The notes below the pieces were generated by a model. The model was not told where the DNA came from and did no database searches. It saw only the letters and a program-made list of their open reading frames with translations. Below, piece by piece: positions 1 through 8,542 of a stretch of DNA of 21,298 nucleotides. Position 1 is the first letter of the stretch; every line of letters starts with the position of its first letter. The stretch lies in the IMG/VR virus record IMGVR_UViG_3300047157_000146; one strand, given 5' to 3'. This stretch comes from an uncultured virus (IMG/VR IMGVR_UViG_3300047157_000146) (lineage: Duplodnaviria > Heunggongvirae > Uroviricota > Caudoviricetes). Made by a program: the position numbers and the translations under genes.

Positions 1-1127
1 AGACCGGACATGTTGATGGTGGATGGTTCCATGCCATCATCTCCTTCTCGCATAGAAGTACGCCCAACAACAACCACTTCGGAACCAATACCGAAGTCAA
101 CTTCGATATGTTGAGGAACCCAACAAGTAGTCATTCCGTCAGTATCGTAATCGAAGTCTGCATTAAGGTCAGTAATGTTCAGGATTCTATTTCCGTTAGA
201 AGTAGGGGTCATGTTCATATTACAAACCGTACCCATAGTAATCACAAACCGTTCAACTGCTGGTAGGTCGCGCTGTTCCATGTGCCTATCATCAAGAAGA
301 GATAGAGATACTACCTTGTCGGCTAGAATACTGCTGGCTAAGTTGTAAGGAGTCATAGGAGTTTCCCGATGTGTATCTCCTTCGGGGTCTAGTTCTGCAT
401 TGTATTCCCAACCTTCCAAAGTCTTCTTAGTGTAGCCGTAAATGTAGCCTTCTCTATTACTATCCTTAATGACCGGCATGTGGATAAACTCAAAAGTTCT
501 TGGTAAGAATTCAACACCATTTTGATTCTTATAAGAGAAATGGTACATTTGGTAGTCAGCATCATCGCCAACCTTACCAACGAATATTCCGCTTCGGCGC
601 ATTAGTTCCTTGGCCAGCGGCTTACCGTAGTTCTTGTTCTCTCCACCATTAGTGTACCGCTTTGTAACATCCAAAGGAATAACAATAGTTCCGTCTTCCA
701 ATGTTTCTGCTCCGTCTGCTAGAACGCTTAGTGTTCTCGTCTGTTCTTCTCCATCGAATACTCGACTAACGGTGTATTTTCCGTCTTCTGTTTCTTCAAC
801 TGTAGCAACAAAGCCTTCTTGATAGGCTTTGTAAGCGTCACGCTTCCATTCTTCAATCGCCCTTCGTCGGTTGTAGGCCATCATATCCCTTGGTTCTTCT
901 AGAGAAACAAAGAACCCAAAGGCACTATCTCCCCAAGATTTACGCTCGGTATTGTTTGTTCGCTTTTTCATGCTTATCTGTTGATGAGCGTAGGCTCGCC
1001 ACAGACCCTTTGCTAGGGTCGAGTCGGTTTCTACGCCGTTCGTCTTGCATATCTCTTCAAATTTCAGTCGTGCATCCTCTTCCGAGATGCCTAACTTCTC
1101 CGCTGCTTTATTTATTTCGTTTTGCAT
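1..1127 (-). CDS. OB-fold single-stranded DNA-binding (RPA/SSB-like) protein, 3'-truncated by the window edge
   Basis: Absent from the ORF track because there is no stop inside the window. ATG at 1127 follows GGAGGT and the frame is open to the edge (MQNEINKAAEKLGISEEDARLKFEEIC...). The C-terminal part VITMGTVCNMNMTPTSNGNRILNITD...TTCWVPQHIEVDFGIGSEVVVVGRTSMREG has an OB-fold pattern. It is adjacent to RFC. Confidence 0.65.
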   Translation of the reverse strand, partial: MQNEINKAAEKLGISEEDARLKFEEICKTNGVETDSTLAKGLWRAYAHQQISMKKRTNNTERKSWGDSAFGFFVSLEEPRDMMAYNRRRAIEEWKRDAYKAYQEGFVATVEETEDGKYTVSRVFDGEEQTRTLSVLADGAETLEDGTIVIPLDVTKRYTNGGENKNYGKPLAKELMRRSGIFVGKVGDDADYQMYHFSYKNQNGVEFLPRTFEFIHMPVIKDSNREGYIYGYTKKTLEGWEYNAELDPEGDTHRETPMTPYNLASSILADKVVSLSLLDDRHMEQRDLPAVERFVITMGTVCNMNMTPTSNGNRILNITDLNADFDYDTDGMTTCWVPQHIEVDFGIGSEVVVVGRTSMREGDDGMEPSTINMSG

Positions 1128-1139
1128 TTTTTTTACCTC

Positions 1140-2045
1140 CTATTGTAGGTTTCCCACCATCCATGATACAAGTAATTTAGGGGTCATGTTGTGGGAACGC
1201 CATTCTCCTTCTCCAATTACTCGTAGGAATTTCAGTTTTTTGTTGCTATCCATTTCCGAAGAAACGATATAATCATGCAACCCTATGCAAATCTCCTTAG
1301 TGGAGATTCCTTCATAGATTAGATTGTGTAGATTTTTCAGTGCTTCGTTTGGATTGTTATTCAATATGTTCATTGTAATTTGTTCGTACTTTTTGAGGCC
1401 CTTTTCGATTTGAGTCGTCAGTCGTATGCCGGATGCGACTGATGCCTGTAGTTCGGTAAGTGTCCTTCTCATATCACCGTTGAAGGCATATATAAACGAC
1501 CTAATTTCTTCGGGGACCGGATAATTTTCCGCCTCTAGGATTTTGACAATTGCTTCTTCAATCACTTCAAAGGTTAGGTTTTTGAAGAAGTAATTAGCAC
1601 AACGAGATTGTAGAGCATAGATAATCTTGTTTCGATTATTACAAGTAATGATGAATCGTATATTTGATTCATAACGCTCCATCAATCTCTTAAGTGCGTT
1701 TTGTGCATCATTAGTCATACCATCCATTTCATCTAACAAAACCATTCTAAATGGGACATCTCCAATAGCGGAGTCCTGTGCTATACTCTTTATTTTAGTC
1801 CTAACAGTTTCTAGCCTCCTATCATCGGAAGCATTAATCTCAAAAAAGTTAGAAGTAGAATCCTCACCTAGAAGGGCTTTTGCCAAGGCAACTGCGGCTC
1901 CTGTTTTACCAGTTCCCGAATTACCATAAAGCAAAAGGTTAGGGCATTCCTTATTCAAAACCCAATGTTCAGCATCCATGACAAAATGTTCTTGTCCCAA
2001 AACATCGGATAATTTACTCGGTCTGTACTTTTCAGTCCATAGCAT
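1140..2045 (-). CDS. rfcS: Replication factor C small subunit (clamp loader)
   Basis: N-terminal WTEKYRP...DVLGQ, Walker A GNSGTGKT, EINASD, Walker B LLDEMD, AQNALKRLME, SRC arginine finger, GDMR sensor 2. Confidence 0.95.
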   Translation of the reverse strand: MLWTEKYRPSKLSDVLGQEHFVMDAEHWVLNKECPNLLLYGNSGTGKTGAAVALAKALLGEDSTSNFFEINASDDRRLETVRTKIKSIAQDSAIGDVPFRMVLLDEMDGMTNDAQNALKRLMERYESNIRFIITCNNRNKIIYALQSRCANYFFKNLTFEVIEEAIVKILEAENYPVPEEIRSFIYAFNGDMRRTLTELQASVASGIRLTTQIEKGLKKYEQITMNILNNNPNEALKNLHNLIYEGISTKEICIGLHDYIVSSEMDSNKKLKFLRVIGEGEWRSHNMTPKLLVSWMVGNLQ

Positions 2046-2319
2046 ACGCTACACCTCGCAATCCCCAAACGCTAGTTCTAGTTTCATTATCATAACCTAA
2101 GTTATCAAATTGTTTTCTCTTCATTATTTGACCCACCACTCTTTTGTGTTGTTGCCAAAAGGCAGTTTCCGATTCGTAATGGTAGATAGTATTCTTATTC
2201 TTGACAACTTGAGTTGTTTTCAATGTAGATAAATAGTCTACAATTTGTTTTGTATTCATAGGCTTTCCTTCGTTCTCAAGTAATTTAATTATTTTATTTT
2301 GTAATCTTTTGTGTTTCAT
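2032..2319 (-). CDS. Small basic winged-helix protein, DUF3860-like (paralog 1)
   Basis: Likely start ATG 2319 (GGAGG upstream, ATGA overlap). MKHKRLQNKIIKLLENEGKPMNTKQI...VGQIMKRKQF...W is similar to the neighbouring ORF. The family resemblance is from recall. Confidence 0.6.
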   Translation of the reverse strand: MKHKRLQNKIIKLLENEGKPMNTKQIVDYLSTLKTTQVVKNKNTIYHYESETAFWQQHKRVVGQIMKRKQFDNLGYDNETRTSVWGLRGVAYAMD

Positions 2320-2564
2320 TTGTATTCCTCCTTTATGTACCAAATATCTAGTTTATTTTTTTCATCATGTCCTATTTTTACAAAGCACTTTCTTTTCATT
2401 ATGTTGACAAGAACATTCATACTTTGAATATAGAAATGGTTGGACTTAGAACCTGTCCTATTATTTTTAAAATTAGAACAATAGTTCTGTATTTCTCTAG
2501 TGTTCTTTGGTCCGTTTCTCTCTAAGTATGTTTTTATTCTATTCTGTAATCTTTTATGTTTCAA
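2316..2564 (-). CDS. Small basic winged-helix protein, DUF3860-like (paralog 2)
   Basis: MKHKRLQNRIKTYLERNGPKNTREI...LVNIMKRKCFVKIG...W, with ATGA overlaps on both sides. Confidence 0.6.
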   Translation of the reverse strand: MKHKRLQNRIKTYLERNGPKNTREIQNYCSNFKNNRTGSKSNHFYIQSMNVLVNIMKRKCFVKIGHDEKNKLDIWYIKEEYK

Positions 2565-2749
2565 TTTTTATTCCTCCAGCCTTGTTCTATGCTAATTAAG
2601 TCAGCATATCTAGGTAGAATCTTGCTCAGTTCGGGCATAGTAATACCCCACTTTAGTTTCTTATTCAAGTAATTGTAAATTTCGTCAGTTGTTTTTGGTC
2701 CTGTTTTCAAATACCTTTTTAGATGCCTAATGGCTACAACATTGGCCAT
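2561..2749 (-). CDS. Small winged-helix protein, DUF3860-like (paralog 3)
   Basis: LKRYLKTGPKTTDEIYNYLNKKLKWGITMPELSKILPR matches the same pattern. It overlaps both neighbouring genes at their start/stop codons. Confidence 0.6.
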   Translation of the reverse strand: MANVVAIRHLKRYLKTGPKTTDEIYNYLNKKLKWGITMPELSKILPRYADLISIEQGWRNKN

Positions 2750-3594
2750 TAGAAATCACCAAACGAAACAGGTTTTATTTCTTTCTTCTTGTGTTTTCTT
2801 ATTCTCTTCTCTCCTAATCCAAGTAGTCTGCATTCCGCATTGTTCAACTTAGTCTTAGCAAAGTTAGAAAACTCCTCGCTTTTGAGAAGTTGCTTAAGTA
2901 CCCTTTCATCACTACCTTTCAAACCTAATCTTCTACATAGGCTAGGCACTTTAGAGTAGGGGCGGCGTTGGGGCATTCTCGGTCTTGTAAATGTTTTACC
3001 GCTATGAGAATAGGCTAACATCTCTTTAAAATAATGAGAAGGCCATCTTCTTTTTACAATAGTGTCTATGAATAATAGACGGTTAGGGTGAATGTTTTCA
3101 GCCAACCAACTTATGATTTGGACATCCGGTGGATTATTGAATTGTATCAGTTCTAGTACCTTTTCTCTATCACTTTCTTTTAGGTAGTCTAATACTAGAG
3201 AGAATACATCTCGTTCTAAATTATTAGGTTCTTGACTTCTAGGGGCGAGTTCTGCAAACTGTTCTTGCCTGTAATTTATCTTACCTGCTCTTTTTATCTT
3301 AACCATATTTTTTATTTCATTTGGTATTGATTTTTGATTGATGCTGGTTAGAATGATAGTCCCCCGATACTTTCTCAAAACATTTAGAATTTCATCTGTT
3401 TTTGGTTTATAGTGTACTTCTTCTATAATGATTCCCAAGTCTAAAGGAAAGGAAAGAACATCTCTTATTGCCATCTCATCAGCATAAAGAACAAGGGCAT
3501 TGGGTAGCATTTTATTAGCCGTTGTTGTTTTCCCTGTGCCGGTTTTCCCAACAATTATAATTGGCTTATCTCGTTTAATCGTAGTCAGTGCCAT
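2749..3594 (-). CDS. P-loop/AAA+ ATPase, probably a shortened RFC large-subunit-like clamp-loader partner
   Basis: Walker A VGKTGTGKTT, Walker B-like IIIEEVH, IILTS sensor-1 strand, helical C-terminal region and basic tail. It lies near rfcS. Confidence 0.6.
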   Translation of the reverse strand: MALTTIKRDKPIIIVGKTGTGKTTTANKMLPNALVLYADEMAIRDVLSFPLDLGIIIEEVHYKPKTDEILNVLRKYRGTIILTSINQKSIPNEIKNMVKIKRAGKINYRQEQFAELAPRSQEPNNLERDVFSLVLDYLKESDREKVLELIQFNNPPDVQIISWLAENIHPNRLLFIDTIVKRRWPSHYFKEMLAYSHSGKTFTRPRMPQRRPYSKVPSLCRRLGLKGSDERVLKQLLKSEEFSNFAKTKLNNAECRLLGLGEKRIRKHKKKEIKPVSFGDF

Positions 3595-3991
3595 TTATTA
3601 TTCCTCTTATTTTCATTATTTTTTCTATCCCAACTAGGGTTAGGTGTTTTTTGTCAATTAGCATTTTAACTATGACATTGTGTTCGTGAATGTGATTCTG
3701 TAATTTAATTAAGTGTTCGGGAATTAGGTTCATTAACCTATCATTATTTTTTATTCCACTAATTCTTAATATTGGTCTTGGTCTTTTTTTGTTTTCTTTT
3801 TCTACTATGTTATTTACAATTCCATATAGAAAAAGAGTTTTACTGATTTGGCTCAGTAAGGGTAGTTCTCCCCGCATTAAGATTAAAGGTCTAACACTAT
3901 AACCGAGTCTAGAGTTTTCACTCCTAAACAATTCAATATTATAGGTTGGTTTGACTAAAAGAATACCAATTAAAGTATTTTTATTCAGCAT
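3575..3991 (-). CDS. LAGLIDADG homing-endonuclease-like protein lacking the catalytic motif
   Basis: GYSVRPLILMRG...LLSQISKTL...LRISGIK...KKHLTLVGIEKIMKIR resembles a single-domain LAGLIDADG fold. The position of the LAGLIDADG helix reads TLIGILLVKP, with no acidic residue. Likely start ATG 3991. Confidence 0.55.
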   Translation of the reverse strand: MLNKNTLIGILLVKPTYNIELFRSENSRLGYSVRPLILMRGELPLLSQISKTLFLYGIVNNIVEKENKKRPRPILRISGIKNNDRLMNLIPEHLIKLQNHIHEHNVIVKMLIDKKHLTLVGIEKIMKIRGIINGTDYD

Positions 3992-4301
3992 ACCTAACCA
4001 CTGCACCTATGTATTCGTTTTTTTGTTTGAGTGCTGTAACTACATTCGCTATAATAAATGCTTCATAGTCCAATTTTTCTCCAGATATAGTCAACACTAA
4101 TCTTCCTTCATAAGGACTCTCGTTTAATTCTTCTAGATGTATTGTGCTTTCTGCCTTTATGTTTCGCCTAATCATCATCTCAGTGCTTAAGTGGCCTATA
4201 GCATAAGCATCAATAATTTTCATTTTCTCTGATAGGTTGAAAACGAACTGTGTTGCTACTCCATGGTCAATGATTAATTGTTCTGCTATAGGTGTAGTCA
4301 T
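3981..4301 (-). CDS. Hypothetical protein
   Basis: 106-aa ORF packed between its neighbours, with AGGTGA upstream. Confidence 0.65.
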   Translation of the reverse strand: MTTPIAEQLIIDHGVATQFVFNLSEKMKIIDAYAIGHLSTEMMIRRNIKAESTIHLEELNESPYEGRLVLTISGEKLDYEAFIIANVVTALKQKNEYIGAVVRYAE

Positions 4302-5801
4302 TTACAAATCACCTACAATAGCCTGTATTTCTTGTACTGTGCTAGAATCTATTGCATATTTGTCATTTCGTATCGCATGTATCCTCGCTAGTTTCAAAGA
4401 ATATTTGTCATTCTTTTTCATTATTAGTTCTGCTTTTATGTGTAATACTATTCTAGGCATAAATGAATACTTAGATTCATCTGCTTTAGAAACTAATTTT
4501 CTAAGCATGTTAGAAAGCAATTTATGATTTATAGAAGAAAGCCCCGATACATAACCAATGGATATGTATTCGTTGTCACCCCTATAGGCTATTTCAAAAC
4601 TAGAGAAGGCGTTTTTAGAATCTACCTTTGCCCCTATTACAACTAAGTATAAGTCTATTCTAGGAGGGGAATAAATCACTAATGAATCCGATTTTTCATT
4701 TGGTTGATATTTTGCATCCATGTCTTTGATGAGAATCCCATCGAAACCATCACTGATTGATTGGTTGTAGAACGCTGTAGCGTCCTCATTTTCTTCGGAC
4801 CTAATAGGGAGGCATGGAAGGGTTTCCATCGTTTTTAGCCTAGTAGAAAACGGCATATCTAGCAAACAATTGCCACCCATAGAAAGACAGTCTAGGATAA
4901 CATACCTCAAATTGCTAGGTTCGGGGGTTTTCTTGTGTAGTATTTTCAAGACTTCATAGTAATCTATGGGCTTTTCATCTCCGTCAACACAATACAATTC
5001 GGCATCTAAAATAAAATCAGATGGGCAATCTAGAATTTCCTGCTTCGTTTTCATTGGCAAGTTTAGTAGTTTGCCTTTTCTGTTAAAGAAAATTATATTA
5101 TCCTTTTTCTTATGAATCTGCACTCTTATTCCACTATATCTGTATTCACAAATAGAGTTAGTGGGTTGTCCATTTAACCTAGAATAAGATTTACCTAACA
5201 TAGGTGGAACAAACAAACCATGTTTTGTTTTGTTTGTCAATTTTCTATTACTAGAATAAGCATAATACATAGTTTCTAATTCGTGCATTTTAGAATCCTT
5301 TTCTACATATGATGGCTCCAAATCAAAGTGCTTGCTTAGAACATTAATTATGATTCTTTTTCTATCCATTTTTAGTTTCGGTTCTCTAACCCAAAAAGAA
5401 ATGAACCATTTTCTTTCTAGGGAAGAGAGGCTTTCAATGACCTCCGAGAATAACTCAAAAGAACCACTTTGCCTACAGTCCATTTCTAAAAGACGCATGA
5501 CCATATTCAAACTATAGTCAGCAGATTTTTGTTTATCACGCTCAAGGCTAAATATCCCCTTTCCTAAATTATCTCCGTATACTTCCAACTCTTCAACGAA
5601 TATGCCGAAGTGTTCGCAAATCCACTTTTTGCTTTTGTGTTTTCCTATGTGAGAACTATCCAAATCTAGAGTTAGAATCTTTAGTAGTTGGAGTGGGTTT
5701 ATGTGTTTAGAACCAAATGCTTGAAGAATTAGTCGAGTCTGTTGCGCTGTTGTTTTCCTTTGCATCGTTTCGCAAAGTCTTGCTAGATGGCTCATTGTCA
5801 T
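4302..5801 (-). CDS. ATP-dependent DNA ligase homolog (DBD-adenylation-OB) with a degenerate active site
   Basis: PMLG, motif I EYRYSGIRVQIHK, FFNRKG, motif III ILDAEL, IIIa ILDCL, IV DGILIK, IDLYLVVIGA, IGYVSGLS and VI ARIHAIRNDK are all in order. The catalytic Lys of KxDGxR is replaced by Arg. Confidence 0.85.
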   Translation of the reverse strand: MTMSHLARLCETMQRKTTAQQTRLILQAFGSKHINPLQLLKILTLDLDSSHIGKHKSKKWICEHFGIFVEELEVYGDNLGKGIFSLERDKQKSADYSLNMVMRLLEMDCRQSGSFELFSEVIESLSSLERKWFISFWVREPKLKMDRKRIIINVLSKHFDLEPSYVEKDSKMHELETMYYAYSSNRKLTNKTKHGLFVPPMLGKSYSRLNGQPTNSICEYRYSGIRVQIHKKKDNIIFFNRKGKLLNLPMKTKQEILDCPSDFILDAELYCVDGDEKPIDYYEVLKILHKKTPEPSNLRYVILDCLSMGGNCLLDMPFSTRLKTMETLPCLPIRSEENEDATAFYNQSISDGFDGILIKDMDAKYQPNEKSDSLVIYSPPRIDLYLVVIGAKVDSKNAFSSFEIAYRGDNEYISIGYVSGLSSINHKLLSNMLRKLVSKADESKYSFMPRIVLHIKAELIMKKNDKYSLKLARIHAIRNDKYAIDSSTVQEIQAIVGDL

Positions 5802-5952
5802 TATCTTCCACCTTTACTTCTTCTACTCCAGCCGTGAATATTTTAGTATTTACGAGTTTAATCAGTTCTTCTATGTATTGGTATTTACCCTGTCTTGTTG
5901 TTTTAAGAAACCAAAGATAACTCGCTAGTTCAATCCATTCACTCTTCTTCAT
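5707..5952 (-). CDS. Hypothetical protein overlapping the ligase start
   Basis: Likely start ATG 5952 (MKKSEWIELASYLW), overlapping the end of the upstream gene. It overlaps the ligase 5' end by about 95 nt. Confidence 0.45.
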   Translation of the reverse strand: MKKSEWIELASYLWFLKTTRQGKYQYIEELIKLVNTKIFTAGVEEVKVEDNDNEPSSKTLRNDAKENNSATDSTNSSSIWF

Positions 5953-6298
5953 CTTCTTCCACATCCGAAAGAATCTTATTATGTATTCTAGGTATATTGG
6001 CAATCATAGTATTGATTGTATTCGATAGGTCATTAAGACCCTGTTGTTCTGCGGCGTACTGCATAAAGGTTAGAGTTCCAATAGTCACAGGCAATGCTAT
6101 GTGATTTATTTCTCCGCCTAGAATTAGACACCAATGAGAAACAAACGCTCCTCTTATCAATTCATTTGAGTTAGCAACTATTGGCCAAGATTCAGTAAAG
6201 GCTATTCTTTCCTTATGCGGTAGTTCTGCTGATGCTTCTACAGTCTTACACCAACTTACAAAGTTTTTCTGCTTAGTTCTGTTTCTCAATGTTCTCAT
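5939..6298 (-). CDS. Hypothetical protein
   Basis: 119-aa ORF with a TAATG overlap with the upstream gene and GGAGGA upstream. Confidence 0.65.
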   Translation of the reverse strand: MRTLRNRTKQKNFVSWCKTVEASAELPHKERIAFTESWPIVANSNELIRGAFVSHWCLILGGEINHIALPVTIGTLTFMQYAAEQQGLNDLSNTINTMIANIPRIHNKILSDVEEDEEE

Positions 6299-6501
6299 TA
6301 GTCTTCCTCCAATATTTCTCCTAGCATTTGGTATAGGAGTAGGGCTTCCTCTTTATTCATTCGTATTCCTTTCTTAGTAGGTTTATCATTCTTATACCAA
6401 CGAAGGTCTATTACATCAATCTTCCAATAGTTTCCTTGGTAGACTCTTATCGAGTCTTCGCTGTTTCTAGGTATCTCTCCTACGAATGCTAATTCACTCA
6501 A
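6298..6501 (-). CDS. PC4/Sub1-family ssDNA-binding / transcription co-activator protein
   Basis: IRVYQGNYWKIDVIDLRWYKNDKPTKKGIRM matches the PC4 signature D(I/L)RxxY...PTKKGI. Confidence 0.85.
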   Translation of the reverse strand: MSELAFVGEIPRNSEDSIRVYQGNYWKIDVIDLRWYKNDKPTKKGIRMNKEEALLLYQMLGEILEED

Positions 6502-6892
6502 TTTGCATTCCCTCCTTGAAAGTGGCTAGTGCCTTTCTACTAGTGAAATATTGGGGGGACTCTAAATTAGATAGACAGTTGGCAATCCAACACGCCCCAC
6601 CTATACTTGAAATTTGAACAATTTCATATTGTTCTCCGTTGACTTCAACCATCTCGGTAGTGTTTATCTCTGGAACTAAACCATACATTCTTGTGACTTC
6701 TGCGGATACTTCTACTAAGTTATCAACAACATACTTGATGATGTGCGCTCTTTGTATTGGTATCTTTGGCGCAACATTAATCTTCATTGTTCCTGTCATT
6801 TTACAAACAAGGCACTTATTTCCCTCACATATAGGACAGGCTATTTCTGCCGCATAGGGAGCAGGTAATGTTACAGTCACGGCTCTCTTCAT
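6494..6892 (-). CDS. Hypothetical protein with a DnaJ-like Cys cluster
   Basis: CPICEGNKCLVCKMTG. Likely start ATG 6892, immediately after groEL. Confidence 0.6.
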   Translation of the reverse strand: MKRAVTVTLPAPYAAEIACPICEGNKCLVCKMTGTMKINVAPKIPIQRAHIIKYVVDNLVEVSAEVTRMYGLVPEINTTEMVEVNGEQYEIVQISSIGGACWIANCLSNLESPQYFTSRKALATFKEGMQIE

Positions 6893-6896
6893 AGTA

Positions 6897-8426
6897 TCAC
6901 TCAAGAAGAACTGCTACATCGGTTGTTAAAAACATCATCGCAATAGAGAAGGCCGCAGAAACGCTACTCTTTGTGACAAGAGTGGGGTCAATAATTCCAT
7001 CCTCTAAAAGATTGGAAATGGCTATTGTCTTAGCATTAAAGCCTTGACTTCCTCCTTCCATCCAACCAGTTAATACCTGTTTGTCCTCTAGTTCATACTC
7101 ACAATTATTCAAGAGAGTTTCTATTGGTGCGGAAAGTACATCTTTAGACATGAAATCATCGGAATGTATTTCATGTTTCCAATATGGATAATATTGTGAT
7201 AGAGTTAATCCCCCGCCAACAATATATCCACCATCCAATGCCGCCTTAGTAGCGTTAAGTGCGTCGTCAAGTCTTTCCTTAGTATCTCTCATTTCAACAG
7301 AAGAACCAGCACCCACACGAATTACTGCGATACCTCCGCTAAGTCTAGAGATTCTTTTAGAGATGCTTTCCTTCACGAAGTCATTCGTACCTAATTCGTG
7401 GAGTTTTCTCAAGGCTTCTATTCTTTCAACAACTGCCTCTCCTCCATCTCCACCAATGATAGTAGTCTTGACTTTATCAATCACGACCTTAGTGCAACTA
7501 CCTAGAGTATTTTCATTGACTATTCTTAGGTCGTCGTCTGCTTCTTCTGCATAGGCTTTACCACCTACTACTGCAATCAAATCCTTTAGTTCGTCTAGTT
7601 GGGCGTCACCATAGTTTGGAGTTTCAATTACTCCCACATCAAGCCTACCTTGTGCCACATTCAATAGCACATTTTGTAGTGCTAGGTTCTGCAATCCTCT
7701 ACAGACTAATAGCAGTGGCCTTCCTTTTTGTGAAGCATATTCACAAGCAGGTAGAATATCTTGGAACTTTCTAATGATTTTGTTAGTGGATAGGATGAGT
7801 GGATTTTCTAAAACACAATCTCCATTATCCCGATTAGCAAACAAGTGACTAATGTAGCCGCTCTCTAATTCTAATCCTTCCTTAATCTCAAAAGAAGTAT
7901 TCAAGTCTAGACTTTCCTCGACTGAAACTACTCCGTTTCTACCAACTGCTTTGAAAACCTCGGCAATAAGTTCACCTAGTTTCTCATCATTGTTGGCCGC
8001 AATAGTAGCAATCTTTTGAATATCATCGTCAACGACGGGGATGCTTCTACTATCCAAATAGCCAAGAAGACCATCTCTAACATCTGTTAGGTAGGTTCTC
8101 CATTCGTGAATACTTCTATCATCTCTAAATTCGTGTAGCGATTTACACAATGCCCTAGCCAAAATACAGGCAGTAGTAGTACCATCACCTGCTTTTGATT
8201 GGGCCTTTGATGCTAGGTCTTGAACGAGTTGTACTCCCAACTGAACATAGGGGTCTTCGGAACGGACATATTTAGTGATAGTCACTCCGTCATTTATGAC
8301 AACTGGAGGGTTGCCTTGTAGAATAACGGTCTTCGCTTGTGGCCCAAATGTTGGGGCTACAGTATCAGCGACTAAACTAATGCCCTCTAGCAGTTTCTCC
8401 CCTACTTCCTTTCCGTTTAGAATCAC
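6897..8426 (-). CDS. groEL: Group I chaperonin GroEL
   Basis: PTFGP, INDGVTI, AGDGTTTACILA, IATIAANND, EGLELESGYIS, RLSGGIAVIRVGAGSSVEMRDTKERLDDALNATKAA, GIIDP. Probable GTG start at 8426 after GGAGAGG; the ORF-track start is 8459. Confidence 0.95.
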   Translation of the reverse strand: MILNGKEVGEKLLEGISLVADTVAPTFGPQAKTVILQGNPPVVINDGVTITKYVRSEDPYVQLGVQLVQDLASKAQSKAGDGTTTACILARALCKSLHEFRDDRSIHEWRTYLTDVRDGLLGYLDSRSIPVVDDDIQKIATIAANNDEKLGELIAEVFKAVGRNGVVSVEESLDLNTSFEIKEGLELESGYISHLFANRDNGDCVLENPLILSTNKIIRKFQDILPACEYASQKGRPLLLVCRGLQNLALQNVLLNVAQGRLDVGVIETPNYGDAQLDELKDLIAVVGGKAYAEEADDDLRIVNENTLGSCTKVVIDKVKTTIIGGDGGEAVVERIEALRKLHELGTNDFVKESISKRISRLSGGIAVIRVGAGSSVEMRDTKERLDDALNATKAALDGGYIVGGGLTLSQYYPYWKHEIHSDDFMSKDVLSAPIETLLNNCEYELEDKQVLTGWMEGGSQGFNAKTIAISNLLEDGIIDPTLVTKSSVSAAFSIAMMFLTTDVAVLLE

Positions 8427-8542
8427 TCTTCTTCCTCTCCTTTGTTTTTTAGATACCAATTATAGAATAAATCCATTCTTTCTCTCGCTGATTGGCGGGT
8501 TATGATGTAATATAATTCTCTATACATTCCTTCATACTTCAT
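8423..8542 (-). CDS. 39-aa small ORF between groES and groEL
   Basis: MKYEGMYRELYYIITRQSARERMDLFYNWYLKNKGEEEE*. It has an ATGA overlap with the groES stop and a GTGA overlap with the groEL start, and fills the gap exactly. Confidence 0.6.
   Translation of the reverse strand: MKYEGMYRELYYIITRQSARERMDLFYNWYLKNKGEEEE

Noticed and set aside
389..580. 63-aa minus-strand ORF
   Set aside because: It lies out of frame inside the longer edge-truncated SSB-like ORF (1..1127).
4302..5801. Ligase as a pseudogene
   Set aside because: The ORF is full-length with no frameshift or stop and is tightly packed with its neighbours, so it is treated as a pseudo-enzyme CDS.
6897..8426. Chaperonin as an archaeal thermosome
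   Set aside because: The apical and intermediate motifs (EGLELESGYIS, GGIAVIRVGA) and the adjacent GroES indicate group I.
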